64,000 nucleotides of DNA, from positions 1,607 through 65,606 of the forward strand of contig CAZRZA010000002.1 in NCBI GenBank assembly GCA_964604515.1. The letters are read 5' to 3'. This document shows, in pieces, positions 20,507 through 30,203 of the stretch (position 1 is the first letter of the stretch; every line of letters begins with the position of its first letter). Origin of the DNA: an uncultured Gammaproteobacteria bacterium. Its GTDB lineage: Bacteria; Patescibacteriota; Patescibacteriia; UBA1558; GWA2-36-10. A program made the translations under genes and the position numbers. The notes under the pieces are model-generated. The model saw nothing but the letters and a program-made list of their open reading frames with translations, had not been told where the DNA came from and made no database searches.

Positions 20507-21733
20507 ATGAAAAAGATTAAAACTAAAGTAGGGGCTAAGATTTCTACAGAAACAAAGCTACTTTTGAGTGTAGTTATGCTTTTATCTTCCATAGGTTTTA
20601 TGGGATTTGCTAATGGTCTAGTAAGGGCACCGGCAAAAGTTATTGAAAAAAGAATTGTAAAATTAGAAAGAATTACAGAAGAAAACAATAAGAAAATAGA
20701 GAAATTGGTGGAAAAGAAGAGAATATTGAAAAATGAGTTTTTTTCTGGAGGAGAACTTGGTAATACTATTGATGATACTGAAGAAGGAAGTGTAAAATTT
20801 TACTCTGTAGGAACCTTAAACTGTTGTACAACATATGGTAGGTATGGCATGGAAGGATTAGAGGGCGGTGGATGTGCTACTGATAATATGCCAGCTTATA
20901 CAAGCTCTGCTAATGAATGTTGCTATGTAAAAGATTTTTATGAGGAAGCTCATTATGCAGGAGATGATATATACGGTTGTTATGACGAAGATCGTGGGTG
21001 TCAAGAAGACGAATGTGGAGTATGTGGTGGTGATGGCAGTTCTTGTATGGAAGAAGGGGAGCTGTTTGCATGTGATAATAATTCTCAGTGTGGATCTGAA
21101 TTTTGTAATGATAATGGATATTGTGAAGAATATGAAGTGTTTTGCCCTAACGGTGATGAATGTAATGGAGGTCAAACATGCGATAGTGAGTGTATTACCA
21201 ATGGTTTCGCGTACCCTTGTTGTGTCCCTACCTTTATTATTGATAATTCCGTAGATTGTGAGGGCACATTTAATGGAGATGTTGTCTTAGACGAATGTGG
21301 GGTATGTGGCGGTGATAATAGTTCTTGCGCAGACTGTTCTGGAACCCCAAATGGTAATGCTATGTTAGATAATTGTAATACTTGCGATGCTAATCCTAAT
21401 AATGACTGTTCTCTAGATTGTAGTGGTGTTTGGGGAGGTAATGCTTATGAGGATTATTGTGGAGTATGTGATTCTGATCCAGATAATAATAATCAATGCT
21501 CTAATTATTGTTCAGGTCATTCAGATTGTAACACTGATCAATATTGCTATAATCATATTTGTGAAACATATAGGCCAGATGGCTGTTCCTGGAACTTTCC
21601 TTGTGATGAGGGGGAGAGTGATTGTAACTTTAACTCTGATTGTGCTGGTAATTTAGTGTGTGGTACAAATAATTGTAGTTATGGCGGTATAAATGGTGTG
21701 CCAGACTTTGCAGACTGTTGTATGCAGCCATAG
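20507..21733 (+). CDS. KISTETK-leader protein 1; Cys/Asp-rich extracellular repeats
   Basis: Shared leader and TM helix; DECGVCGGDxSSC and DCSG..G.A..D.C repeats; paralog alignment favours ATG 20507 over 20486. Confidence 0.85.
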   Translation: MKKIKTKVGAKISTETKLLLSVVMLLSSIGFMGFANGLVRAPAKVIEKRIVKLERITEENNKKIEKLVEKKRILKNEFFSGGELGNTIDDTEEGSVKFYSVGTLNCCTTYGRYGMEGLEGGGCATDNMPAYTSSANECCYVKDFYEEAHYAGDDIYGCYDEDRGCQEDECGVCGGDGSSCMEEGELFACDNNSQCGSEFCNDNGYCEEYEVFCPNGDECNGGQTCDSECITNGFAYPCCVPTFIIDNSVDCEGTFNGDVVLDECGVCGGDNSSCADCSGTPNGNAMLDNCNTCDANPNNDCSLDCSGVWGGNAYEDYCGVCDSDPDNNNQCSNYCSGHSDCNTDQYCYNHICETYRPDGCSWNFPCDEGESDCNFNSDCAGNLVCGTNNCSYGGINGVPDFADCCMQP

Positions 21734-21856
21734 TAAATACTAATATGAATAAATAAAACACTTAATTATTTACATTAGGTGTTTTTTACTACATATTTTA
21801 TTATTTTATTATTATATGGTATAATATTCTTATAAAGTTTAAACAAAAATAAAATT

Positions 21857-22690
21857 ATGGAATTTTTAAAAGAACCTTTTATACTTATATTTTTATTATT
21901 AATATTTTTTGTCTATTTACTATTAAAGAAGTCAGGTAATAGTAATAAAAGCATTAAAGAATTAAATATTTTTAAGAGCAAAAAGTATTCTTCTAATTTA
22001 GCTATTAGTAAATTTACTATTGATATTACTAAAACAGCTATTGTAGAAGGATTAGCTTCTGCTATTGTAGAAGGAAAGGTGCCTCAAACACTATTAAATA
22101 AAAGAGTATTAAAAATAGATATGTCATCTATATTGGCTGGTACAAAATATAGAGGAGAATTCGAAAATAGATTTAAATCTTTAATAGACAGTATCATTGC
22201 TATGGATAAACAGAATATAGTATTTATTGATGAGATTCATACTATAGTACAAGCGGGTGGTGCAGAAGGGGCTATTGATGCAGATGATATAATAAAACCG
22301 CCTTTAGCGAGAGGAGAATTACAAATGGTTGGTACTACTACCACTAAAGAGTATAAAGAATATATAATGCCGGATACTTCTTTAACTAGAAGATTTGAAC
22401 CATTAAAGATAGCGGAACCAAATAAAGTAGAAACATTAAGAATATTAAAAGGATTAAAGAAAAACTATGAAGAATATCATAATGTAATAATTAATGATGA
22501 TTTATTAAAGAAAATTATTGACTTCTCTTTTAAGACTAAAACTAGGGTTTTTCCAGACAAAGCAATAGATATCTTAGATGAAGTATGTGCTAAAGTTAGA
22601 TTAGATAATATTAAGAGTAATAAAACTATAAAGATTACAGCTAAAGACATAAAAGATATATCTAAATATTTCAAAAAACAAGAAATTTAA
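21857..22690 (+). CDS. Membrane-anchored single-domain ClpA/ClpB-type AAA+ protein lacking the Walker A glycine loop
   Basis: N-terminal TM; [46 protein letters not shown]. Confidence 0.85.
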   Translation: [277 protein letters not shown]

Positions 22691-22712
22691 ATAATTAATA
22701 ATTAAAAAAAAT

Positions 22713-23075
22713 ATGAAAAAATTTAAAACAAAGATTGGAGCTAAAATCTCTACAGAAACTAAGCTATTGTTAAGTACTATGATGGTCTTAGCTGGCATGG
22801 GATTTATTGGCCTTGCTAATGGATTTGTAACACATCAAGCTAAGCCATATAAGGAACAAATAATTAAACATGAAAAACAAATAACAGAGAACGAGAACTT
22901 TGCTGAAGCACTTATAGGTTACATGAAAACACCACCTATTATGCGTGGAGCAAGCGGTTGTGGAAACGCATGTAAGGTAGGAAGCGGTTGTGTTTCTGGT
23001 TGTCCTTGTGCTCCTTACTCTGGTCTTCCTGGATGGGGAACATGTACAGGTAAACCACCAAAAGAAATAGAATAA
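22713..23075 (+). CDS. KISTETK-leader protein 2; short six-Cys C-terminal module
   Basis: Shared leader; CGNACKVGSGCVSGCPC...GTC. Confidence 0.85.
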   Translation: MKKFKTKIGAKISTETKLLLSTMMVLAGMGFIGLANGFVTHQAKPYKEQIIKHEKQITENENFAEALIGYMKTPPIMRGASGCGNACKVGSGCVSGCPCAPYSGLPGWGTCTGKPPKEIE

Positions 23076-23099
23076 TAGTATAAATAATTTAAAAAAAGT

Positions 23100-24356
23100 A
23101 TGGCAAAAACTAAATCAAAAATCGGGACTAAAATCTCTACAGAAACTAAGTTATTATTAAGTGCAGTAATGCTATTATCAGCCTTAGGTTTTATTAGATT
23201 TGCTAATATGGCGGTAAATATGGGTAATAATATATATAAACCTCAAATAGTGAGATCAAATAATATTACTAAACATAATAATGAAATAGCTCAAAAAGAG
23301 CTAAAGAGAAGAGTGGAAATAACAAAATGTAGAACAGATAAAGAATGTATTAAAGAAGGTAAGATCTGTAAAAAAGAAAGAGGACAAAGATTTGGCTCTT
23401 GTTCTTTACCTGAATTAGTAGAATTACCACCTTCCTTTCCAGAAGATGATTTTGACAACGATACTAATCCCTTAGATCAATTAACTCATTATAATATGGA
23501 TTTTGGACAAGCTCAGCCGGGTGATCCTAATATTGATGACAGATTCTGTGCGCCGTTAACCCAAACCGTAGTAGATGCCTACCTAGATGAAATAGGAAAT
23601 AATCCTGCTACGGTAGCAGATATAATAGCAGGAGGATGTTTAGAGTTAGAAGAAGATATAAACATGGGCATCGGAGCACTTTCTTTTGATGATTATAATT
23701 CTGGTTTAGAATTTAATTGTAATGGTTATGAGATTATAGGAACAGGAGCCTTTGGAATGTTCTTAAACGGAACTGTAACCGCTAATGACTGTGTTATTAG
23801 TGACAGGACGTATAATTCAGATATAACAGGCAGCGGCAGGGGACTTATGTTATATGACACCAGCACCGTAAATAACAGCACAGCTGATAATAATTATTAT
23901 GGATTTGAATTACATGACACCAGCACCGTAAATAACAGCACAGCTATTAACAGCGAGTTCTTTGGATTTAGGTTGTTTAATTTTAGTACCGTAGATAACA
24001 GCACAGCTGATAATAATTATCATGGGTTTGGATTAAATGACACCAGCGTCGTAAATAATAGCACAGCTCATAATAATTCTGAAGGATTTATATTGTCTGA
24101 CAATAGCACCGTAAATAACAGCACAGCATATGACAATGACTTAGGATTAAACAGTGGTCCTTGGGGTGAGCCAGTAAATATTATAGGAGGAAGCTTTTGT
24201 AATAACACAAACAATGATATAGAGAGTGGCAATAATGCAGCTATCTTTACAGGAATAATTCAAGTAACAGATCCTGTTATTAGCATTGGAACCTTTGATC
24301 CTCTTAACTCAGACTTTACCCTAGAAACATGTACTTCGACTACACCAGGTATTTAA
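23100..24356 (+). CDS. KISTETK-leader protein 3; right-handed beta-helix repeats
   Basis: Shared leader; small Cys module, acidic linker, repeats DTSTVNNSTA.NN..GF.L. Confidence 0.85.
   Translation: MAKTKSKIGTKISTETKLLLSAVMLLSALGFIRFANMAVNMGNNIYKPQIVRSNNITKHNNEIAQKELKRRVEITKCRTDKECIKEGKICKKERGQRFGSCSLPELVELPPSFPEDDFDNDTNPLDQLTHYNMDFGQAQPGDPNIDDRFCAPLTQTVVDAYLDEIGNNPATVADIIAGGCLELEEDINMGIGALSFDDYNSGLEFNCNGYEIIGTGAFGMFLNGTVTANDCVISDRTYNSDITGSGRGLMLYDTSTVNNSTADNNYYGFELHDTSTVNNSTAINSEFFGFRLFNFSTVDNSTADNNYHGFGLNDTSVVNNSTAHNNSEGFILSDNSTVNNSTAYDNDLGLNSGPWGEPVNIIGGSFCNNTNNDIESGNNAAIFTGIIQVTDPVISIGTFDPLNSDFTLETCTSTTPGI
23856..24150 (+). repeat. Five 60-63-bp coding tandem repeats (20-21 aa)
   Basis: GACACCAGCACCGTAAATAACAGCACAGCT-like units starting at 23856, 23916, 23979, 24039, 24099. 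Confidence 0.85.
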
Positions 24357-24420
24357 TTAATCTTTATTAAATAATTAGAGTGTGATAAAATATACTTAAT
24401 TAACTAATTAAGTATATTTT

Positions 24421-25545
24421 ATGTTCAAAAAGATAGTATTCCTCTTTATTCTCTTATTACCATTAACTGTCTTAGGTGCAGAATATCATAGTAATGGGGA
24501 GATAATAATAACTAAGGATAGCGTTGTAAATACTAATTATTATGGTATAGCTGAGAATATCTCTATTTATGGAGAAGTAAATGGGGATCTCTTTATTATT
24601 GCTGATACCGTTTTAATAGATTCAGATAATATTAATGGAGACCTTTTTATTATTGCTAAAGATATTAATATTAATAGTAAAGTAGACGGTAATATTAGAA
24701 TTATTGGTGATAAATTAAGCATCAGAGGAGAAATAGAAAAGAATACCCTATTTATCGGAGGTGTTTTTAATTTATTAAAAGAAGGCAAATTAAATGGTAG
24801 TCTTACTAACTTCTTAAGTAAATCTTCTTTAGAGGGCGAAGTAAATGGTAAGGTAGATGGCTATTTAGAGTCTTTGATAATTAAAGGAAACATAAACAAT
24901 GATCTGGATATTAATTTCTTAAGAGGTTTTTCTAATAGCTTTGTAATAGGCTCAGAAGCTATTTTAAGTGGTAATATGAAGTATCAGGCCCTAGAAGAGG
25001 TTCAAATAGAAGAAGGAGCTATAATAGGTAATATAGAGTACAGAGAGGATAGTTTTCCTATAAAACCTTTGTTTAGTATAGACAATTTATGGAATTTAGT
25101 AATACAGTTTTTTTCTTTAATGGTTTTGGGTATGATTCTTTTATATCTATTCCCCAACTTATTTAAAGGTATTAATAGAGAATTATTTGAAAAATCTTTC
25201 TTTAATATGATTAAAGGTTTATTATTCTTTATATTAATACCAGTATTTTCTATTCTTTTAATGTTTACTATTATTGGTATTCCTTTAGCTATTATTATTT
25301 TATTATTATATGGAATATTTATTTATTTAAGTAAATTATTTATAGCCTTTAGCTATTATTATTTTATTAAGATAAAATTCTTGAAAGAAAAAAATATTAA
25401 AGATAATAATAAATTAGCCTTAGGAATATTTATATATTTAATAGTATCTTATATTCCTATTATTGGACCATTAATTACTATTTATTTATTTACATTAACT
25501 TGGTCTATGTTCTATAATAAAGTATTAAATAAATTAAAAAAATAA
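24421..25545 (+). CDS. Secreted beta-helix (bactofilin/polymer-forming-like) domain with C-terminal multi-TM region
   Basis: Signal peptide, repeated G.VNGDLFI units, C-terminal TIIGIPLA and YIPIIG helices. Confidence 0.75.
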   Translation: MFKKIVFLFILLLPLTVLGAEYHSNGEIIITKDSVVNTNYYGIAENISIYGEVNGDLFIIADTVLIDSDNINGDLFIIAKDININSKVDGNIRIIGDKLSIRGEIEKNTLFIGGVFNLLKEGKLNGSLTNFLSKSSLEGEVNGKVDGYLESLIIKGNINNDLDINFLRGFSNSFVIGSEAILSGNMKYQALEEVQIEEGAIIGNIEYREDSFPIKPLFSIDNLWNLVIQFFSLMVLGMILLYLFPNLFKGINRELFEKSFFNMIKGLLFFILIPVFSILLMFTIIGIPLAIIILLLYGIFIYLSKLFIAFSYYYFIKIKFLKEKNIKDNNKLALGIFIYLIVSYIPIIGPLITIYLFTLTWSMFYNKVLNKLKK

Positions 25546-25688
25546 AATGGATAATAGATTAATTGACTATTCTTTTTCTGGAAAAACAGCAGAAATAATA
25601 GCTAAACATGGTTGGAAATTTTTAGTAGTATATTTTGTTTACAAAATATTTTCTTCTATGGATATGATAACTATATTAATATAAAAAT

Positions 25689-27047
25689 ATGGATAATAAG
25701 ATATTTAAATCCTATGACATTAGGGGGATTTATAATGAAGAGTTTAAGAAAGATGATATTAAGATAATAGCCCAAGCTTATTTACAAGAAATAGCTAAAA
25801 TAGGAAAAAAAGAAATAAAAGACTTAAAAATAATAATAGCTAGAGATATTAGACATTCTTCTCCTGAAATTACCACTACTTTTATTGAAGAAGTGATTAA
25901 GTATGGAGTAGAAGTAAATGATTTAGGATTAATGCCTATTGATGCTATTTATTATTTAGTTGGTGTAGATAATTATGATGGAGGAATAATGATTACCGCT
26001 TCTCATAATCCTCCTGTTTATGGAGGAATAAAGATGTTAGCTAGAAAGGTAGAGGCTATTAGAGGAACTAGAATAAAAGAAGTAATAGCAGACTTAAAAG
26101 AAATATCATTAATAGAAGGTAGTAAAAAAGAAATAGATGTTTGGGATAACTATGTAGAGCATGTTTTGTCTTTTGTTAACTTAGATAATATAAAACCATT
26201 TAAAATAGTAATAGACTCTGGTAATGCTATGGCGGGGCTAACTATACCTAGGATATTCTCTAAGATACCCCAGATAGAGATAGTAGAATTATTCTTTGAG
26301 CCAGATGGTAATTTTCCTTCTCGAGATCCCAACCCTTTAAATGAAGGTGCTGCTGATAAATTAATAGCTAAAGTAAAAGAAGAACAGGCTGATTTGGGAG
26401 CTATATTTGATGCTGATTCTGATCGAGTATTTTTAATTGATGAAAAAGGTGATTTTATTAAAGGAGATCAAACTTTAATTCTTTTAGCAGAATCTATATT
26501 AAAAGATAATCCGGGAGCAGGTATTGTTTATAATTTAATTTGTTCTAAGTCTGTGCCAGAGATAGTAGAAAAATTGGGTGGTAAAGCTATTCGTAGTGAA
26601 GTTGGTTATGCTAATGTTAAGAAACATATGGAAGAAAATGACTGTTTAATTGGGGGAGAGGTATCGGGACACTTTTCTTTTAAAAAGAACTATTACTCCG
26701 ACTGTGCTTATGCAGCCTTATTAATGATTTTAGAAATACTATCATTAAAAGATAATAAATTATCAGAATTAGTAGCTCAGAATACTATTTATTATAGGGC
26801 TAATGAATTAAATATAACTATAGATAATATACCTTTAGCTTTAGATAAAATAAGAGAAAAGTATAAAGATAATATTAGAGATGAAATAGATGGTCTGACA
26901 GTAGAGTTTTATAATAATAAAGAATTAAATTATTGGTTTAATATTAGAGCTTCTAATACAGAGCCTTTATTAAGAATTACTGTGGAAGCTAAAGATGAAG
27001 AAACAGCAAAAAAATATCAAAAAGAACTTTTAGAATTAATTAAATGA
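25689..27047 (+). CDS. manB: Phosphomannomutase/phosphoglucomutase
   Basis: FKSYDIRG, ITASHNP, FDADSDR, GGEVSGH, RASNTEP. Confidence 0.92.
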   Translation: MDNKIFKSYDIRGIYNEEFKKDDIKIIAQAYLQEIAKIGKKEIKDLKIIIARDIRHSSPEITTTFIEEVIKYGVEVNDLGLMPIDAIYYLVGVDNYDGGIMITASHNPPVYGGIKMLARKVEAIRGTRIKEVIADLKEISLIEGSKKEIDVWDNYVEHVLSFVNLDNIKPFKIVIDSGNAMAGLTIPRIFSKIPQIEIVELFFEPDGNFPSRDPNPLNEGAADKLIAKVKEEQADLGAIFDADSDRVFLIDEKGDFIKGDQTLILLAESILKDNPGAGIVYNLICSKSVPEIVEKLGGKAIRSEVGYANVKKHMEENDCLIGGEVSGHFSFKKNYYSDCAYAALLMILEILSLKDNKLSELVAQNTIYYRANELNITIDNIPLALDKIREKYKDNIRDEIDGLTVEFYNNKELNYWFNIRASNTEPLLRITVEAKDEETAKKYQKELLELIK

Positions 27048-27853
27048 TAGGTATTTTTGATTCAGGATTTGGTGGTTTAACTATTTTTAAGGAAATAGAA
27101 AAAGAATTACCTTATTATGATTATATATACTTAGGTGACAATGCTCGGGCTCCTTATGGTAATCATAGTCAAGAAATAATATATGAATACACTAAACAGG
27201 GTTTAGAATACTTATTTAAACAAGGTTGTCATTTGGTTATTTTAGCTTGTCATACTGCTTCAGCAGAAGCTTTGAGTAAAATACAAAAAGAATATTTACC
27301 TCAATATCAACAGAAGAATGTTTTGGGAGTAATTAGACCATTAATAGAGGAGGCTTCAGAGTTAACTAAGAATAAAATTATAGCTGTTATGGGCACAAAG
27401 AGCACGGTATTATCAAATGCTTATCCTAAAGAATTAAAAGAAAAGAATAGCAGTATTAAAACAAAACAAAAAGCTTGCCCCTTATTAGTTCCTTTAATAG
27501 AAGAAAATTGTGAAAAAAGAGTAGAAACTAAAATGATTTTAAAGAAATACATTAAATCTTTAAAATCATATAATCCCGATATAGTTATCTTAGGTTGTAC
27601 TCATTATGGTTTTTTAGGAAAACAAATAGAGAAGTATTTTGGTAAAAATATCAAAGTATTAAACAGTGGTATTATAGTAGCTAAGAAGTTAAGAGAATAT
27701 TTAAGAAAACATAAAGACTTAGTGAAGGAGTCTAAAAATAAAAAAAGAATCTTTTTAACCACAGATAATAATATTATTTTTAATAAAGCAGCTACTAAAT
27801 TCTTAGGAAGAAAAATTAAATCAAAAACAATTAATAAATTATATGAAAAATAA
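27044..27853 (+). CDS. murI: Glutamate racemase
   Basis: IGIFDSGFGG, APYG, ACHTAS, LGCTHY. Confidence 0.95.
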   Translation: MIGIFDSGFGGLTIFKEIEKELPYYDYIYLGDNARAPYGNHSQEIIYEYTKQGLEYLFKQGCHLVILACHTASAEALSKIQKEYLPQYQQKNVLGVIRPLIEEASELTKNKIIAVMGTKSTVLSNAYPKELKEKNSSIKTKQKACPLLVPLIEENCEKRVETKMILKKYIKSLKSYNPDIVILGCTHYGFLGKQIEKYFGKNIKVLNSGIIVAKKLREYLRKHKDLVKESKNKKRIFLTTDNNIIFNKAATKFLGRKIKSKTINKLYEK

Positions 27854-28880
27854 GAAATCAATTGCCTTTTTTGAAGTAGAAGAGTGGGAAAAAAAATATC
27901 TAAAACAGAAATTAAAGGATTTTAAGCTTTATTTTTTTGCTGATATTTTAAAAAAAGAAGATCTTCGAAAAATAAAAAATATAAATATATTATCTCCTTT
28001 TGTTTATTCGGAAATTAATAAAGATATTATTAAATCATTACCTTCCTTAGAGTTAATCACTACCCGTTCTACTGGCTTTGATCATTTAGACTTAAAAGAA
28101 ACTAAGAAAAGAAAGATAAAAGTAACTAATGTACCTTTTTATGGAGAGAATACTGTAGCAGAACATACCTTTGCTTTGATACTATCTTTAACTCGTAAAA
28201 TTCACAAAGCCTATGAAAGGACCTCTCGGGGTAATTTTTCTTTAAATGGCTTAAAGGGCTTTGATTTGAAGGATAAGACTATTGGTATTATCGGGGCAGG
28301 CCATATAGGAAAACATGTAATTAGAATGGCTAAAGGTTTTGAAATGAATATTTTAGTATTTGATCCTAGAAAGGATAATAGATTAGCTAAGAAATTAAAC
28401 TTTAAATATGTTGCTTTTAATAACTTATTAAAAAAATCAGATATAATTTCTTTACATGTGCCATATAATAAAAAGACACATCATTTAATAAATAGAAAAA
28501 ATATTAAATTAATAAAAAATAATTCTATTATAATTAATACAGCTCGCGGAGGATTAATAGATACCACTGCTTTATTGGATGGTTTAAGGAATAATAAATT
28601 ATGGGGCATAGGCTTAGATGTTTTAGAAGAAGAGAAGTTTATTATTAAAGAAGAAAAAGAATTACTATCGCCTCATTTATGTGGCTTAAGTCATAAGAAT
28701 AAAACAGACTGCTTACAAACCATAGTAGAGGGCCATAGTTTACTGGCGTCTGATAAAGTAATAATCACTCCTCACAATGCTTTTAATAGTCAGGAAGCTT
28801 TAGAGAGAATATTAGACACTACTATAGATAATATATTGGAATTTAAAAAAAATAAGAAGTTAAATAATTTAATAAAATGA
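27843..28880 (+). CDS. ldhA: D-lactate / D-2-hydroxyacid dehydrogenase
   Basis: RSTGFDH, VAEH, GAGHIG, INTARG, LDVLEEE, TPHNAF. Confidence 0.85.
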   Translation: MKNKKSIAFFEVEEWEKKYLKQKLKDFKLYFFADILKKEDLRKIKNINILSPFVYSEINKDIIKSLPSLELITTRSTGFDHLDLKETKKRKIKVTNVPFYGENTVAEHTFALILSLTRKIHKAYERTSRGNFSLNGLKGFDLKDKTIGIIGAGHIGKHVIRMAKGFEMNILVFDPRKDNRLAKKLNFKYVAFNNLLKKSDIISLHVPYNKKTHHLINRKNIKLIKNNSIIINTARGGLIDTTALLDGLRNNKLWGIGLDVLEEEKFIIKEEKELLSPHLCGLSHKNKTDCLQTIVEGHSLLASDKVIITPHNAFNSQEALERILDTTIDNILEFKKNKKLNNLIK

Positions 28881-28901
28881 CTCCTTTAGGGAGTTATTTT
28901 A

Positions 28902-29852
28902 TTAAAGGCCAATTATATTTTTAATTTCTGTTAAATTATTACTAGCTATTTTTTGAGCTTTTTTAGCTCCTTTTTTATTTATTCTATTTATTTTATTATA
29001 ATGTTTTTTATAATAACTGATATTTTTTTGAATAGGTTTGAGGAAGTTAATTAAAGATGTGGTTAATTCTTGTTTTAATTCAGAATTCATTAAACTATTA
29101 TTTTTTAAATCTTTTTTAAATTTATTTAATTTATCTTTATTACCAAAGTATTCATATAATTCTATTAAATTATTTACACCGTCTTTATCAGTAATAGACT
29201 TTCTAATCTTTCTAGCTATAGTTTCAGCATTATCTCTAATTGCTATATAGCTAGACTCTCCCAATGATTTAGACATTTTTTTTTGGGGATTATTTAAAGA
29301 CATTATTCTTGGTGTTGGAGAAAGAAGAGGTTTTATTTCTTTAAAATATTTAAAATAATTATTATTAAATTTTCTAGCTATTATTCTACTTAACTCTAAG
29401 TGCTGTAATTGATCTTCTCCAACAGGAACATACTCTCCTTTATATAATAATATATCAGCAGCCTGTAATAGTGGGTATGTTAAAAGGCCGGTATTAATAC
29501 TTTTTTCTTTTTTCTTTATATCTTTGTATTGGGTCATTCTTTCTAGTTCAGAAACAGGTATTAAACAATTAAAAATCCAAGAAAGATCAGTATGACCAAC
29601 TATATCAGACTGTTTAAAAAAAGTAGACTTCTTAGGATTTATTCCCAAAGACATTAAATCAATTGCTAAATCTTTTATTTGCTCTTGGAGGTCTTTTTTA
29701 TTTTTTTCAGTAGTTAAAGCATGATAATCAGCTAAAAAGAAGAAGCAATCATATTTATCTTGTAATTCTATCCAATTTTTAATACTTCCTAAATAATTTC
29801 CTAAATGTATTTTGCCTGTAGGCTTTATTCCTGAAACTAATATTTTTTTCAT
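28902..29852 (-). CDS. trpS: Tryptophanyl-tRNA synthetase
   Basis: SGIKPTG.IHLGNY, YPLLQAADIL, VPVGEDQ, KMSKS. Confidence 0.96.
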   Translation of the reverse strand: MKKILVSGIKPTGKIHLGNYLGSIKNWIELQDKYDCFFFLADYHALTTEKNKKDLQEQIKDLAIDLMSLGINPKKSTFFKQSDIVGHTDLSWIFNCLIPVSELERMTQYKDIKKKEKSINTGLLTYPLLQAADILLYKGEYVPVGEDQLQHLELSRIIARKFNNNYFKYFKEIKPLLSPTPRIMSLNNPQKKMSKSLGESSYIAIRDNAETIARKIRKSITDKDGVNNLIELYEYFGNKDKLNKFKKDLKNNSLMNSELKQELTTSLINFLKPIQKNISYYKKHYNKINRINKKGAKKAQKIASNNLTEIKNIIGL

Positions 29853-29905
29853 ATATTTATTTATAATATCTTTATTATATCAAATAGGATGTTTTAAATC
29901 AAAGA

Positions 29906-29938
29906 AAAACCCAATTAAATTTAATTTAATTGGGTTTA
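29906..29938 (-). terminator. Terminator after the zinc-finger pair
   Basis: AAACCCAATTAAAT/ATTTAATTGGGTTT inverted repeat. Confidence 0.65.
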
Positions 29939-29954
29939 TAATTATAAAGAAGGT

Positions 29955-30182
29955 TTATTTGATGCTCACCTTACAGCCTGTACCACCGCAGCTATTACAA
30001 GGGTGAGTTATTGGTATAGTTTTTTCTCCAAAACATGTTCGGCATGTTTTAGTGCCACCAAAATATCTAATTTCTATACCATCACCATTACACTTTACAC
30101 ATAGTATAGACTCTGTCACTCCTTTACCATTGCCATCACAGTTAATACATTTTTCCTTTATTATTTCATATGCTTCAGCCAT
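29955..30182 (-). CDS. Small stand-alone DnaJ-type zinc-finger protein (4 CxxCxGxG-like repeats)
   Basis: CINCDGNG, CVKCNGDG, CRTCFG, CNSCGGTG; AAGGAG SD. Confidence 0.85.
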   Translation of the reverse strand: MAEAYEIIKEKCINCDGNGKGVTESILCVKCNGDGIEIRYFGGTKTCRTCFGEKTIPITHPCNSCGGTGCKVSIK

Positions 30183-30203
30183 GCATTTCTCCTTTTGTTT
30201 ATT

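Noticed and set aside
20507-23200. KISTETK leaders as type IV pilins
   Set aside because: The GF motif follows rather than precedes the hydrophobic stretch and there is no Glu at +5
23856-24150. Repeats as a CRISPR array or DGR template/variable pair
   Set aside because: In-frame coding repeats, differences not adenine-restricted, no cas or reverse transcriptase gene
25547-25684. 45-aa ORF MDNRLIDYSF... between the beta-helix gene and manB
   Set aside because: Fits the gap but has no recognisable motif and probably overlaps the manB promoter; insufficient support
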